In this document: one piece after another, positions 27,878 to 40,806 of the stretch | How the letters are laid out: the number at the start of each line of letters is the position of its first letter | Position numbering within the stretch: the stretch's first letter is position 1 | Origin: Malacoraja senta | Lineage: Eukaryota | DNA length: 64,000 bases | Assembly: GCA_038087875.1 (NCBI GenBank) | Contig: CM075988.1 | Location: forward strand, 6,760,001 to 6,824,000 | Reading direction: 5' to 3' | Notes under the pieces: model-generated | What the model saw: the letters and a program-made list of their open reading frames with translations, nothing else | Told to the model about the DNA's origin: nothing | Database searches by the model: none | Position numbers and translations under genes: made by a program

Positions 27878-29997
27878 CTAAAAGAAAAACGTTTCACTTT
27901 CCTTCTCTTCACAGTTGGCAGCAATAGATGAAGAAGGGTCTTGACCCAGAACGTCACCTATTCCTTTTCTTCAGAGATACTGCCTGACCCGCTGAGTTAC
28001 TCCAGCAATTTTTGTCTATCTTCAACAATAGGTGGATCCAGGTGAGGACAGATGGATGGACTTGGGTGAGGGGGAGAGGGGTGGAGATGATCTCTCACCT
28101 TCAACCCCCTCTGACCTCTTTATAGTTTTGTTAATTTAGTTCAGTTTTGTTTATTGTCACGTGTACCGAGGTACAGTGAAAAGCTTTTGTTGCATGCTTT
28201 CCAGTCAGCAGAAAGACAATACATGATTACAATTGAGCCATTTACAGCGTATAGATACATGATAAGGGAATAACGCTTAGTGCAAAGTAAAGCCAGCAAA
28301 GTCCGATCAAGGATAGTCCGAATGTTACCAAACAGGTAGATAGTAGTTCAGCACTGTTCTATGGTTATCTTGGCTACTGGATATCTTCACTCTTTCCACC
28401 CTGAGGAAACATCAACTGTCCATTCCCTCCGCAGATGCTGCCTGACCCGCTGAGTGCCTCCAGCAATTTGCTTTATTTTGCTCCAGATTCCAGCAACTGC
28501 ATTCTTTTGTATCTCCTTCAAATTGGTGTCAAATTGTTGTCAGGTGGTATCAAATTATTGAAATGAATTCTGAGGGGAGACATAAAGAAGGATGAATTCA
28601 TTGCTCAAGGATCAATGGGCATGGATTTGTAAAGTGCACGGTTGTGTCTGATTAACAATTGTATTTCTGGAGGAGATTCATGACGATGGAACATGTTAGA
28701 TTGTATATAACTGTTAGCAACATGGCAAATCGATCATGAAAGGGAAAGCACAAGGGAAATGGGAAAATTGGATTCAGACGTGGCTGCAACAGAAAACACA
28801 ATAGGTTGTGAATTTTTGTGACCGGAGAGCTGTATGCAATGAGGTTCTTCAGCCTTGGTATTAGGTCCCTTGTGTTTGTGTCATACAGCATGGAAACAGG
28901 CCCTAATGCCCAACGCCCATGCTGAATGGATGAGTGATGTGTATGACTTTGGCAATAATGTAGGGCACTCGATGAAGAGGTTTGCTGATGATACCAAAAC
29001 TGGCAAAGTGATTGATATTGAGAAATAAAGGTCTAAGCAGCAGGAAGATAGTAATGGATCAGTTGTGGCCTCAAAATTGGCAAGTAGAATTTATAGCGGA
29101 GAACAATACAAAGTGCTGGAGTAACTTAGTGGGTCAGGCAGCATCTGTGGAGGGAATGGACAGACAACATTTTGGGTCAAGATCGTTCCTCAGACATGAG
29201 GGCGAACTTGTGATACTTACTATGGAGAAATGTGAGGAAGTGCATTTAGGAAGGAAAAAAAAGACAAGGTAGATGTTGGGAATAGCCGACACTGGAAGTT
29301 GTAGAGGAACAAAGCTGTCTTGGAATTAATATACATAACTTGGCAGAGAGATGCAAGCTAGTTTACAGTAGGAGAGAAAGCAGGGGAGGAATGTATCTGA
29401 TAGGAATTGAAATAGCTTAATAAGGACAGTTATCAGTTCATTAAGTCTCTAGGACTGTATGATGAATTGTTATTGGTAAGGTGATGGGTCTTGCCCGGCA
29501 GGTTAGTATTGTTGGTTGTGGAATGAAAAAGCAGATGATGCCAAGCGTTGGAAATAATCAGTAGGTCAGGCAGCTTGCGTGGAGAAATAGCTGCCATTTC
29601 AGATGTGGAACCTTTCATGATGATCTTTCATGAAAGATAGATATAGGATAGTAGGGAAATATGGGCCATGTTCAATATGCCAGAACCATATCAGCAACTA
29701 ATGACACCACCATTTCCCATCTGCCACATGTGTTCACTCAATCAGAGAAATCCCCATGGTTTTGTACAAATTTTGTTTCAAATTGGCGTTATTAACCAGG
29801 GCAGGGGGATCAGGCTAGAATAATAAAATATCCATTATGTGAGAGCTAGAGTACAGTGCATATTTGTGTTCACCGCATTCCAGGAAAGATATGATGGTAC
29901 TTGAGAGAGTTGCGAGATGATATCGCCGAGAGGAGAGACTGTCTAAACAGACGGAACCAGAAAATGCTAGAAATCCTCAGCAGGTAATACAGCATCT

Positions 29998-31682
29998 TTA
30001 CTTTAGAGAAACATCATGAAAATAGGCCCTTCGGCCCACCGAGTCCGCGTCGACCAGCAATCACCCCATACACTCGCACCATCCTACACACTAGGGACAA
30101 TTTACAATTTTACTGAAACTAATTAATCTACAACCCTGTACGTCTTTGGAATGTGCAAGGAAACTGGAGCACCCGGAGAAAACCCACATGGTCACGGGGA
30201 GAATGTACAAACTCTGTACAGACAGCACCCGTAGTCAGGATTGAACCGCAGATCCCTGGCGCCGTGAGGCAGCAGCTCTAACACTGCACCATTGTGCCAC
30301 CCTGTTCAGAGAATTGGGCGGCATGGTGGCGCAGCGGTAGATTTGCTGCTTTACAGCGAATGCAGCGCTGGAGACACGGGTTCGATCCTGACTATGGGTG
30401 CTGTCTGTACAGATTTTGTACGTTCCCCCCGTGGCCTACGTGGGTTTTCTCCGAGATCTTCGGTTTCCTCCGACACTCCAAAGACGTACAGGTACGTAGA
30501 TTAATTGACTTGGTAAATGTAGCAATGTTACAAAATTTTGAGATTTTAAAAATAAAGTCTGCAATTTATCCCATCAGATAAAGCATAAAAAGAAGTTTAA
30601 TTTGACACCTAATTCACTTTCATATCTTCAGTATTAAAGAAGTTATGGCCATTTTAAGACTCGGAAATTAGCATCTTGTTCCCTATTGCTTTTCCATTGA
30701 CTTAACACAAAAGCTGTGATCGAGGACAGTTAAAAGCCCATAACTTTCTTAAAAATTAAGAGAACTGAAAGAAATTTTCAGTTATTATAGATTGAAGCAT
30801 TCTGAAACAAATATGAAACAATCTTACTTAGAAGACATGAAATTAAAGCATATAATTAGTTAGTTACCTAATTGTAGCTAATTACAAAATTCAATTACTA
30901 GATCTAAACATCTATCAATTTCTTAAGAATAGATTAACATTTTTAAATAGCCTAAGTGTCCAAATAACATTCACACAATAATTCACAATATAACATAATT
31001 TTTAAATCTCATTTTCATGAATTTACAGGCCAAATGGAAGGAATTGAATGTTTAATACCTGTAAATTAATGGGCATTTAAATCATCTTGTGAGTGAGGAT
31101 TTCTGGAACGCGATCTTTTGGAACGTTCATATGCGGTGAATTTAACCCCGTATTGGCATGAAAAATTCTGCCGTTAGTTCGGGGAATAAAATCACCGTTT
31201 CGCATGAAAAAATGTGAATTAAAGGCTTCTTAAGAAGCACTTTTATACATTTAAATAAACCACTTTCGTTTACCTGTCCCGTGTGTGAAATCCGTCCCCG
31301 TTATCAGCGTTGACGGCTTCAGGAGCTGCTTTTAAAATTACTCCAGCGCTGAAATTGTCAATTTAATAAAAATAAAAAATTCACAAAACGCTCCTAGGAA
31401 CGATTTTTCAGCAAACGCTTGTACTCCAACGAAATATAATTCAGGACAAGGTAGGAGAAACCCGCGTTTTAAGCCCGCCCCCCCCTTAAAGGCGCCAAAA
31501 TCGCGCACACGGCCAGTGGCAGAATTACAGCGCGACTGAAGGTAAGTATTGTAACATACCTAGTAAATGTAAAAAATTGTCCCTCGTGGGTAATAGGATA
31601 GTGTTAATGTGCGAGGATCGTTGGACGGCGCGGACCCAGTGGGCTGTTTCCACTCTGTATCTCTAAACTAAACTAAACTAAA
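29998..31682. mobile_element. Head-to-head SINE pair (29998-30300 minus; 30316-31682 plus, interrupted by the TIR element)
   Basis: Same motifs; the two heads are ~15 bp apart. Confidence 0.75.
30520..31562. mobile_element. Non-autonomous TIR DNA transposon (1043 bp, hAT- or P-like) nested in a SINE
   Basis: Termini TAGCAATGTTACAA / TTGTAACATACCTA (12 of 14 match); host GTAAATG(T) duplicated (7-8 bp); SINE sequence resumes afterwards. Confidence 0.75.
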
Positions 31683-31917
31683 AATAACTAAGACAACACT
31701 TCAGGCCAATGTGCACACAATGAACTGCAGATGCTATTTGACAAAAAAACCACACAAAGTTCTGGAGTAACTCAATGGGTCAGGGAGCATCTCTGGAGAA
31801 CATGGATAGGTGATGTTTTGGGTCAGGATCCTTCTTTAGACTGGCAGTTAATGGCTGTTCACCAAAACAGAGAAAACATAGCAATGAAACTTGTGTTTAT
31901 GGTTCAAAGGAGAGTAA

Positions 31918-32144
31918 AGGGCCTGTCCCACTTTCACGACCTAATTCACGACCTTTTTTACTCGTGGACATTTTTCATCAGGCTAGAAAAAACGCCCCGA
32001 CCTACTTGATGCCACGAGTACCTACGAGTAGCATCACGGCCTGCTACGACCTACCTACGACCTCCTACGACCATGCTGCGAGTATGAGTCAAGGGCAAAC
32101 TCGGCAGAGGTCGTGAATTAGGTCGTGAAAGCGGGACAGGCCCT
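31918..32144. mobile_element. PIF/Harbinger-type MITE, core C
   Basis: Same TIR; flanks TAA/CAA; internal CTACGAC repeats. Confidence 0.85.
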
Positions 32145-33745
32145 CAAGGATATGCACCAAGAAAAACTGAGTGACACAGGTTGTGGAGGTGATACTGAGA
32201 GTAGGCGGTAAAGACATGTTAATTATGGATGATCTGTCTGGAGGAGATGGAAATAGACAATGAATAAAAACATCATTCACATTTTGAATTCACCTGTGGT
32301 ATCTTTTTCACTGTCTAAGCTAAGATGGTTCTCTTTGGAACAATGGAGACTGAGGGGTGATTTGAAAAAAGTGATTGATTTTCCAGTGCAAGGAGGTCAG
32401 TCATTGCCTGTCATTGTTTTAAACTAATTGAATAGAAGGGAACTAAAATAAAATATTTTCTCTACTGAAGATGTAAACCGTCGTCACTTTAATCACACAT
32501 CTTAATGATCATTTGAAGAGCCCAAACCAACTGTCCTATGGAGCATGGGCTGGAAGATCAATTGAAACAAGACAGAATAGGTTTATCAATGACCATGTAG
32601 TAATAAGTCAGAGGCCAGATTGTTCGCTGAGGATTCAACTCGGTGATCAATTCCATTCACAGCCCTCCAGGAAACGACACATTTCATACCTGCATTTAGC
32701 AAGGCCTAGACAACATTCTGATAGTGTGTAAAACAATTATAAACGCTGGAGTAACTCAGTGGGTCAGGCAGCATCTCTACAGAACATGGATGGGTGACGT
32801 TTCAGGTTGGGACGCTCCTTCAGACTGATGTGTTGGTGTACTCTTATTGTTTAAACCCCAGTGTTTCCATAATATTTATATTATTCAATATTATGAACAT
32901 TTGCAAGCAATTCTATTGAGGAAACGTGACATACGACAATAGGTGGCTTGAACCCACATTGCATGTGTAGAGTCTCCATCCACTGGGTCTTATACTGATC
33001 GATATTAATATAGTTATTGAAAGGCAGGACTGTATGGGGTCCCTGACCCATGTTAGAATGACCTCAGGAAACATGCCAGTGGACTGAACAAGGAGCCAGC
33101 TGAGATCTCTACACCTCTTTCTATTTTGTGAATGTCTTGTTGACTGGATCAAAGGGTGCTTTTAACACAAAACCTGATCCCTGATGGAGACCAACTTGGT
33201 GCCAGCCTACATCATTAGTTGGCATGGACTAGGTGGGCCGAAGGGCCTGTTTCCACGCTGTATCTATAAACTAAACTAAGAAATCCCTGTTTTGAGGCTT
33301 GAAACTATAATCCTGATATGAGATCAAACGCATATTGCAAGATTTGACCTTGCGTTGAGTTGATTTATGAATAACTAATATTCCATGTATATAAAACATT
33401 GCAAACCTTTATTGTCAATTATTTTAGCATTTTCAGTTACAACTTCATACTCTGCAATAAATTGACATACATTAATTACAGAACAGTATTTTAAAGAGAC
33501 AATATCGCGTTTTTCCTCATTGAACTGCAAGATTGGGTTAAAATATAGGGGAGGGATTCTTGGTGTTTCACTGGAAGCAGAAGGTGGGTTAATAACTGCA
33601 ATAATTAGGCTAATAATTCAACATCCATGGGATTCTGCCAGTCACCAATGCAGCAGTATTCTCGTGTCAAGCTCACAATAACTCCAGAAAGGTGCTTGGA
33701 CATTACAGCATTTCACCTTGTGAAGTAATTCAACAATATGAATAT

Positions 33746-33963
33746 GAGTGAGAGAGAGTGAGGAAGAGTGAGAAAGTGAGAGGGTAAGAGAGTGTGAGTG
33801 TGAGATTGAAAGGGAGAGTGAGTGAGAGAGAGAGGGAGCAAGAGTAAGAGTTTGAGAGAGAGGGTGAGAGTGTGAGATTGAGAGAGTGAGAGAGAGAGTG
33901 AGAGAGACATTGGGAGAGAGAGTGAGAGTGAGAGTGAGAGAGATTGGGAGGGAGTGAGAGAGA
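33746..33963. repeat. (GA/GAGT)n purine-rich microsatellite
   Basis: Direct reading. Confidence 0.92.
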
Positions 33964-34486
33964 AAATCCTGATTGTTCAACGAACAAAAGAAAAAATTAA
34001 AAACAGCTATTGCCTCTTTAAAGAAAGAACACAGGAAGTTGCTTACATTTCGTTACAAGAACTCAGTTAGACATACATTTGTTCCATTCTCTCGCGTATT
34101 TATAAAATTAACATTGATCAATATTAGTGTTTGTTCTTTATTATACAAGCAATTAACGGCCAATTTGACACATTTCCTGTCTTCTGATTCACACAAGATT
34201 CAATTGCGGCCTCTCTTCACTGAGAACAGCCTCCTAACTTTGAGAAATTAAATTAAAAAATTAAATTACTACTGAAGAGACATAACATGGTGTCTAGCAG
34301 TTGTAAAGATAAGGTAATTTGAAGTGCAGTCTTTTGACTTGGAGTTAATACCATGGAGAGCTGGTATCCACTGTGAATGCAATGTCTTTTGCCAGAACTT
34401 GCTGCATTCTAGAACATTTCTTGCATGGTCTGTGTATTTATACAACGAGCAGTTTAAGTTGCAGATTCCAACATTGGGGATCAGAT

Positions 34487-35178
34487 TAGTTTAGTTTAGA
34501 GATATAGCGCGGAAATAGGCCCTTTGGCCCAACCAGCGATCCCCGCACATTAACATTCTCCTACCATCCTTTTCAAACACACTAGGGACACTTTTTACAT
34601 TTACTAAGCCAATTAACCTACACACCTGTATGTCTTTGGAGTGTGGGAGGAAACAGAAGATCTCGGATAAAACCCACGCAGGTCACGGGGATAATGTACA
34701 AACTCCGCACAGACAGCACCCGATCGAACCTGGGTCTCCGGCGCTGCAAGCGCTGTAAGGCAGCAACTCTACCGCTGCGCCACCGTGCCGCCAATGATAT
34801 TTGCTCCCATTCTACAGATAAACATCCTTTTCCAATGATATGCTTTTTGCTACAAATCACAACGAGTCATTTAAAACAGTACAAATCACAAGTTTAGTAT
34901 AGTTTACAGATACATTATGGAATGAGGCCCTTCGGCACAGAGAGTCTGCGCCGACCAGTGATCCCCGTACACTAGCACTATCCTACACACTAGGGACCTT
35001 TTACATTTTTTACCGAAGCCAATTAACCTACAAACCTTTATTTTTCTTGGGAGTGTGGGAGGAAACCGGAGCACCCGAAGGAAACCCACGCTCTATACAA
35101 ACAGCACCCGTGGTCAGGATCAAACCTGGGTCTCTGGCGCTGTAAGTCAGCAACTCTACCTTTGCCCCACTGTGCCAC
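34487..35178 (-). mobile_element. Two tandem SINE copies (34487-34792 and 34891-35178)
   Basis: Same motifs. Confidence 0.75.
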
Positions 35179-36460
35179 CACTAAGTTACAAATATTTTTA
35201 ATGGTGGGATTGAGGATTGTCACTATTAATTTCTGTCCTTGTTTGAAATTTGTCTTGTCACATAGTTCAAAGTTGAGGGAGTGCTTTTAAATAAACTTTA
35301 GTACCATGGTCAGGATGGCCAGATTTGGATCTGGAACCACTTAAGTTACAAGCACAGCAAAGCTTCTTTTATACCTCCAGAACAATATTGCATAACATAC
35401 CTGCTTCTCTGAACAAAAATGTGTCACTCTCAGCAAACCCTGGCTCACCCCTCTCACTCCTCATTACATTACAAATTGCTAAAATCAATCCCGCAGTTTC
35501 TTCCACAGAGGCTGGATCAGCGCTGTAAGTAGGTCGCCAATGTCTTCTGGTTCGTGTCTACAAAATGGCAGGTTGATACGTACACCTTAAGTGTACCCTC
35601 CTACTTAGATTATCATTACAAGGAGAGACACTGTAATTTGGTCCTGGATGCATATTCTCCACAGGCAGGCATAAGAATCGATCAAAGCAGGGTGTAGAGA
35701 GAGAATGACCCTCAATAAGCCATCCATTTCCTCACTTACAAGATCGGTATTATAACCTGCTGCCTTGAGTACACTGTTTAACATTTTTAATTTACCTTTG
35801 CAGAGATGCTCTTTGAGCCTTTTTAGATTTTATCTCTTGAGTGAGGACAGGGGCAAGAACTGAAACCAATGGTGCCTCCATAAAAACACAAGACATAGCA
35901 GCAGAATTAGGCCATTCGGCCCATCGAGTCTGCTCCTTATCACAGGAGTGGCTTTCTCAAGCACAGTCTGAGTATAGCTACTGTAAACTTGCCTCTGTGG
36001 GACAGAGCAATGCTAGCATCATTATATTTAGTACTCGACATTCAGCTGGGGCAAGGGTACAGCAGGCAGTGGAATCATTTTAGATCATGACTAAACTGTA
36101 CCTTAATCTTATCGATCTGCTTTCACCTCATAAACCCTTAACTTAACAAAACCTAATATAGCGTTTAGGAAGGAACTGCAGATGCTGGTTTACACTGAAG
36201 ATAGACACAAAATACTGGAGTAATTCAGCGGGTCAGGCAGCATCTCTGGAGAAAACGAATAGGTGACGTTTAGGGTCGAGACAAGAAAGGTCTTGACCCG
36301 AAACGCCACCTATTCCTTTTATCCAGGGAGCCTGTAAAACCAAATACAGTATTGATGTTAGTTTTTAAACCCAACGTCCATACTTTGTGAGGCGAATTAA
36401 CTCCAGATTTCCAAGATGTGTCTCCCGCCAGATTTATAGTGATGTACGGCAACACTGTAA

Positions 36461-36757
36461 AGGCCCTGTCCCACGATGCGAGTTCACCCAAGAGCTCTCC
36501 CGAGTTTCAAAAAAAATCAAGCTCGTGGTAAGTACGTAGAATGTACGTAGCGGGTACGTCGGAGCTCGTGGATGTCTCGTAGCGGCTTGTAATGCTAACG
36601 GCAGGTACTCGGGAAACGCGGAAACTCGGTACGTTTTTTCAACAGTATGAAAAATTTCCAAGAGTAAAAAAATACTCGTGATGAGGTACCATGAGTTCGA
36701 TTTTTTTTTAAAACTCGGGAGAGCTCTTGGGTGAACTCACATCGTGGGACAGGCCCT
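36461..36757. mobile_element. PIF/Harbinger-type MITE, core A variant
   Basis: TIR with one mismatch; flanks TAA/TTA. Confidence 0.8.
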
Positions 36758-37268
36758 TTAGTGTTTTTTAAGGTTATTTAGTTACCGGGTTTGCAGACAT
36801 ATCACTCCATAGTATTGAACTGACCAGGAATGAATAATGCATAGTGTAAGACTGGACTTTTCAAAGGCCTGTGTGCTGTCAATTTACCATCTGTATGCCG
36901 TGTTTTCTTCTTAATATTCATTGTATACAATACAATAATAATTTACATCCATCGTGGAAATAAATATATAAATAATCATAGCACCAATGAGGTAATACTT
37001 AACAATGAGCAGGATCAGGGTACAATGCTGTCTTCAGAAGCTTTAAACAAGTGATATTAACCTGTAAAGTGTTAAGCAATCTACTTTTTATGGACAATAC
37101 AATAAGACAAGGACATGTCTTATAAAAGAATTTTGGTTTCTTAGGCAGGAAGGTGACCGATAGGAGTTAGGATGTAAAATAGTGAGGAGCAGAGACTGAC
37201 GGGCGGAAGGTAACGCTTCCTTCTGATAGAATTCGTTTGAAAGGAAATTAAAGTGAATTTAGAAGAAA

Positions 37269-37547
37269 TGTAGAAACAAGGAACAGCCGATGCTGGTTTA
37301 TACCAAAGATTGATAGACACAAAGTGTTGGAGTAACTCAGCGGGTCGGGCAGCATCTCTGGAGAAAAAGGATGGGTGACATGTCGGGTCGGGACCCTTCT
37401 TCAGACTGAAAAGTCCTCGGACTACTTCAAACTGAGTTTGGTCCTTCTTCAGACTGAAAGAGGGACCCGACCTGAAACGTCACCCATCCTTTTTCTACGG
37501 AGATGCTGCCTGACTCGCTGAGATACTCCACCACTTTGTGTCTATCG
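37269..37547. mobile_element. Fold-back PLE-derived mini-element
   Basis: Inverted arms around a short spacer; TAAAGTGAATTTA repeated at 37249-37261 and 37548-37560. Confidence 0.65.
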
Positions 37548-38523
37548 TAAAGTGAATTTATTTGGGTTTATTGATAACCTTTCCCTCCCACACCCCAACT
37601 TGCACCACTCCCAGCATCCCCTACAGTGCGACTGCACCCAGGAGTAGAAAGCATCAGTATTGCTGCACCAACTCACTCCTGTCTAATATAATGCCATGGG
37701 ACATAGGGTGCTATGAAGCTGGCAACTTAGCTTTCAGCCTCCCTGGTGATCACCAGTCCTGCAGCTTTGATACTGTGGCAATACTGACCTGGTTATGCAC
37801 ATTGTTCTTACACCATACAGACACCCCTGAGGTAAAACCCTCAGCCTGTACCATGAAAGGAATATCTCCATTCAAAGCAGTGCATTGAGACCACTTGAAA
37901 TGAGACAGAACTGTGATCTAGGAGTATGGGGAAATTGTGGTGAGTTGCTTCATGTATTTCACCATTATTACCTATGGTTTTAGAGGGATATGGGCCAATG
38001 CCGGCAGGTGGGCCAAGTGTAGAAGGGGCATGCTGGTCAGCATGGGCAAGTTGGGCTTGTTTACACACTCTATGACTCACTATACCCTGATAGGAAGGCC
38101 ACTTCCCCTAAAGTTTCCACTATCCAAATTGTGGATGGGCTCGTGCTGATAAGCATTAAATCCCTTAATTCCAGTTTATATGGTTGCAGGACCGAGAGTG
38201 TTCACTTGATTCCCCTTTACTAGTTGTCGTTCTCATTCCACATCAACTCGATTAACTGACTGGTGACTTGAGAAAAGCAGAGAAGCTGGCGTTTGGGGAG
38301 AGCGACTTTCAAAGGGACATCTGCCCACCAGGTGGTGGAGGGCTATCTCAGAGAGGCTGGTGACAGTGGAGGAGTACGTTACAGAGGTGGCAGGTGGCAA
38401 GGTGTTCTACCCACACAGATGGCACCAGAGAGAAATACATGCCAGAGTGCGCTCTATCTAAACAGGGATGGTCAATTTGTGAAGGGGACACTTTACTGCA
38501 GAGCACATAACAGAGAGAAGCTA

Positions 38524-38529
38524 TTTATT
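38524..38529 (-). promoter_or_regulatory. Candidate polyadenylation signal (AATAAA) of the FEZ gene, implying a ~1.2-kb 3' UTR
   Basis: First canonical AATAAA I found on the minus strand after the stop; the intervening DNA lacks the common repeats. Confidence 0.5.
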
Positions 38530-39756
38530 CTTTAACAGTGAAGCACAGTAGACATGCTTAGAAACTAGGCTTTACATTGGCATAACCATAAAGCAGTGGC
38601 CGTTGACTGTAGTGGAATAACAGGGCGATTGTTGAGACAGTCTTGACCAGGGAGATACCTGGACTAGATACTGTATCAAATAATGCTGCTGTTGAATTTC
38701 TTCTCGTGGTTGTCAGCAGTGTTAATCGGCTGATTATTCCATTCACGCCCGCCTTTGGGCAGGGTCTTGGTTTAATGTACATTGTGCTTGAGGAGCAACC
38801 ACGAAGATTGCATAAATACTGGATGATGTACACTCGTGACTCAGCAGTGCCCACCATTTTAACGAGGCCCTTCAGCCCGCCACAGGAGACTACTATCCTG
38901 AGGCTGTAAACAATTTTATGAATCATTGTTAGAGATTTCAATGCATGATGGATCAGGTACGAAATATAGTCACCACCAGACCAGTAAACAGCTGGCTCCA
39001 GGAGGGATTATGCAGCAATAAAGACAGCACTTCAAAACAATGTTTCCATCTATCTCAGTGATATGTGTTTTATCCCAGCAGTGATGGGATATAATGTCAG
39101 GACATGGCACTTACCAAAAGTTATCATGTAAACCCCTTATAATACTATTATTAGGCTAGATCCTTCCTCAGATCCCTGATGCACAATCAGTGATAAAGAT
39201 CTGATAAAGACCAAATTTCTAATTATTTCATCGAAGATTTCTACTTGCTACTTTAGGACTGCAACACATTGCAAAAGCTATGAATTGTGCCCAGTGACTT
39301 CGGTAAGATTGCCAAATCGTTTCTCCTTTCAATCTGTCTCAATGTGGGTGGACCTAGAGCAATTCTTACTCCCAAAACAAGAGCGGATTAAGGGTGACTG
39401 CAATATACACAGGCCTGAATTTCCAAGTGTACCCGATGAAGAAGCTATGACAGATTAAGTATATTTAAATTGTTCCTGTTAGTTTCCATTTTCTTTGTTG
39501 ACGATTTCTGATAATTTCTGATTATTGATGCCAACTCCAATGTCAGTTAACTCTTAAAAATAAAATATTTACAAAACCTTTGCCAAAGCTTAAGAAACCA
39601 CATTTCTTTCAATTGGCTGTGCCCTCTCTTCTGAAGGATGGAGACTGGTTCATGTGGTTAGCTTATCTGGACATTATTTTGGCCTTGAGATGCAGCCTGC
39701 AAGCGGGAATCTGGCAGCCTAGCCAACCCTGGCATCCGTGGGAACAATGCGTAGGT

Positions 39757-39773
39757 TTATGTCGGGCACAAAA
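39757..39773 (-). CDS. FEZ1/FEZ2: FEZ terminal coding segment (17 nt including TAA)
   Basis: tgtctttgtctttccag|TT TTG TGC CCG ACA TAA gives (V)LCPT*, the conserved FEZ C-terminus, in phase with the previous exon. Confidence 0.9.
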
Positions 39774-40318
39774 CTGGAAAGACAAAGACACATCAAAACA
39801 TAACAGTGCTGTGAAGGGCAGGCATCACATGAATTATGAATAAGAATTTAACACATAGTCCCGAGAATAGCCTATAAAGCTCCGTATACCATCTGAGCAG
39901 CATCCCAGAAGAATACAAGACTCCAACTGAACATTAAACATTCAGGTTAACTTCCAGTTACTGCTGTTGTATTCATTATTCCGTCCAAGAGGAGTCTGTA
40001 ACCTGTCTGTGTTTTTGTTCTCAACCCTGGCAGAATCACTGCTACATGTACATGTGGACCTTCATTCGCAGATAGAATGAGGTTCAATGTTGTTATCAGT
40101 CTTTGACTTGTTGTTAATACTTACACGTCTCGTTCAGAAGGAGGTTGTGGGTTCAAGGCTTACGTCAAACACTTGACTGCATAATCTGGATTGATGTTTC
40201 AGCCTTTACTGAGGGGATACAGTACAGTTCAAAAACATTAACTTAGAAATTGTACCTCACCTATTTTTGGTGCTGTTTAATGTTAATCTGTGTGAGGCTT
40301 AGATAGGGTAGTCAGTTA

Positions 40319-40806
40319 AGGGCCTGTCCCACTTGGCTGTCATTTGCGCCTAATATGTAAGCGTCATATTTAAAATAGGTCGACGCGTTGTGATGCACGG
40401 GTAGTGTGTGGGTAGCGCGGGACGGGTGCATGGAGAGGCGTGGAAGAGTGTGGAGTTGCACGCGGTATCGCGCGGCGCTCCAGGATTTCGTACTGTACGA
40501 AATCCCTGCACACCACCTGCGTGACGTATCGCGTACGCACGCTGACGGATTGGGTACGCACGCTGACGCATTGGTGTTGCATGCTGCGTCTCGACGTCTC
40601 ACGTGTATCGTGTGGTGACGCATGGTTACGTCACTGTGCGTAACCATGCATCGCCGTGCACCGCAGGGTATTCTAATGACGTCACTTGCACCAGACGGCA
40701 TGATGACACGTGATTTGCGCGCGACGTCGCGCGTAACGACACATCGACCTATTTTACATATGATGCGTAAATGAGCCGCAAATGACGGCCAAGTGGGACA
40801 GGCCTT
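40319..40806. mobile_element. PIF/Harbinger-type MITE, core B (long), in the last FEZ intron
   Basis: Same TIR; TSD TTA/TTA; very CpG-rich. Confidence 0.85.

Noticed and set aside
35796..35859. 64-nt minus-strand exon-like segment that could extend FEZ (VLAPVLTQEIKSKK...) into the 195-nt exon at 27877
   Set aside because: Weak acceptor, FEZ already has its canonical VLCPT* end, and the chain hits a stop on joining the 27501 acceptor.
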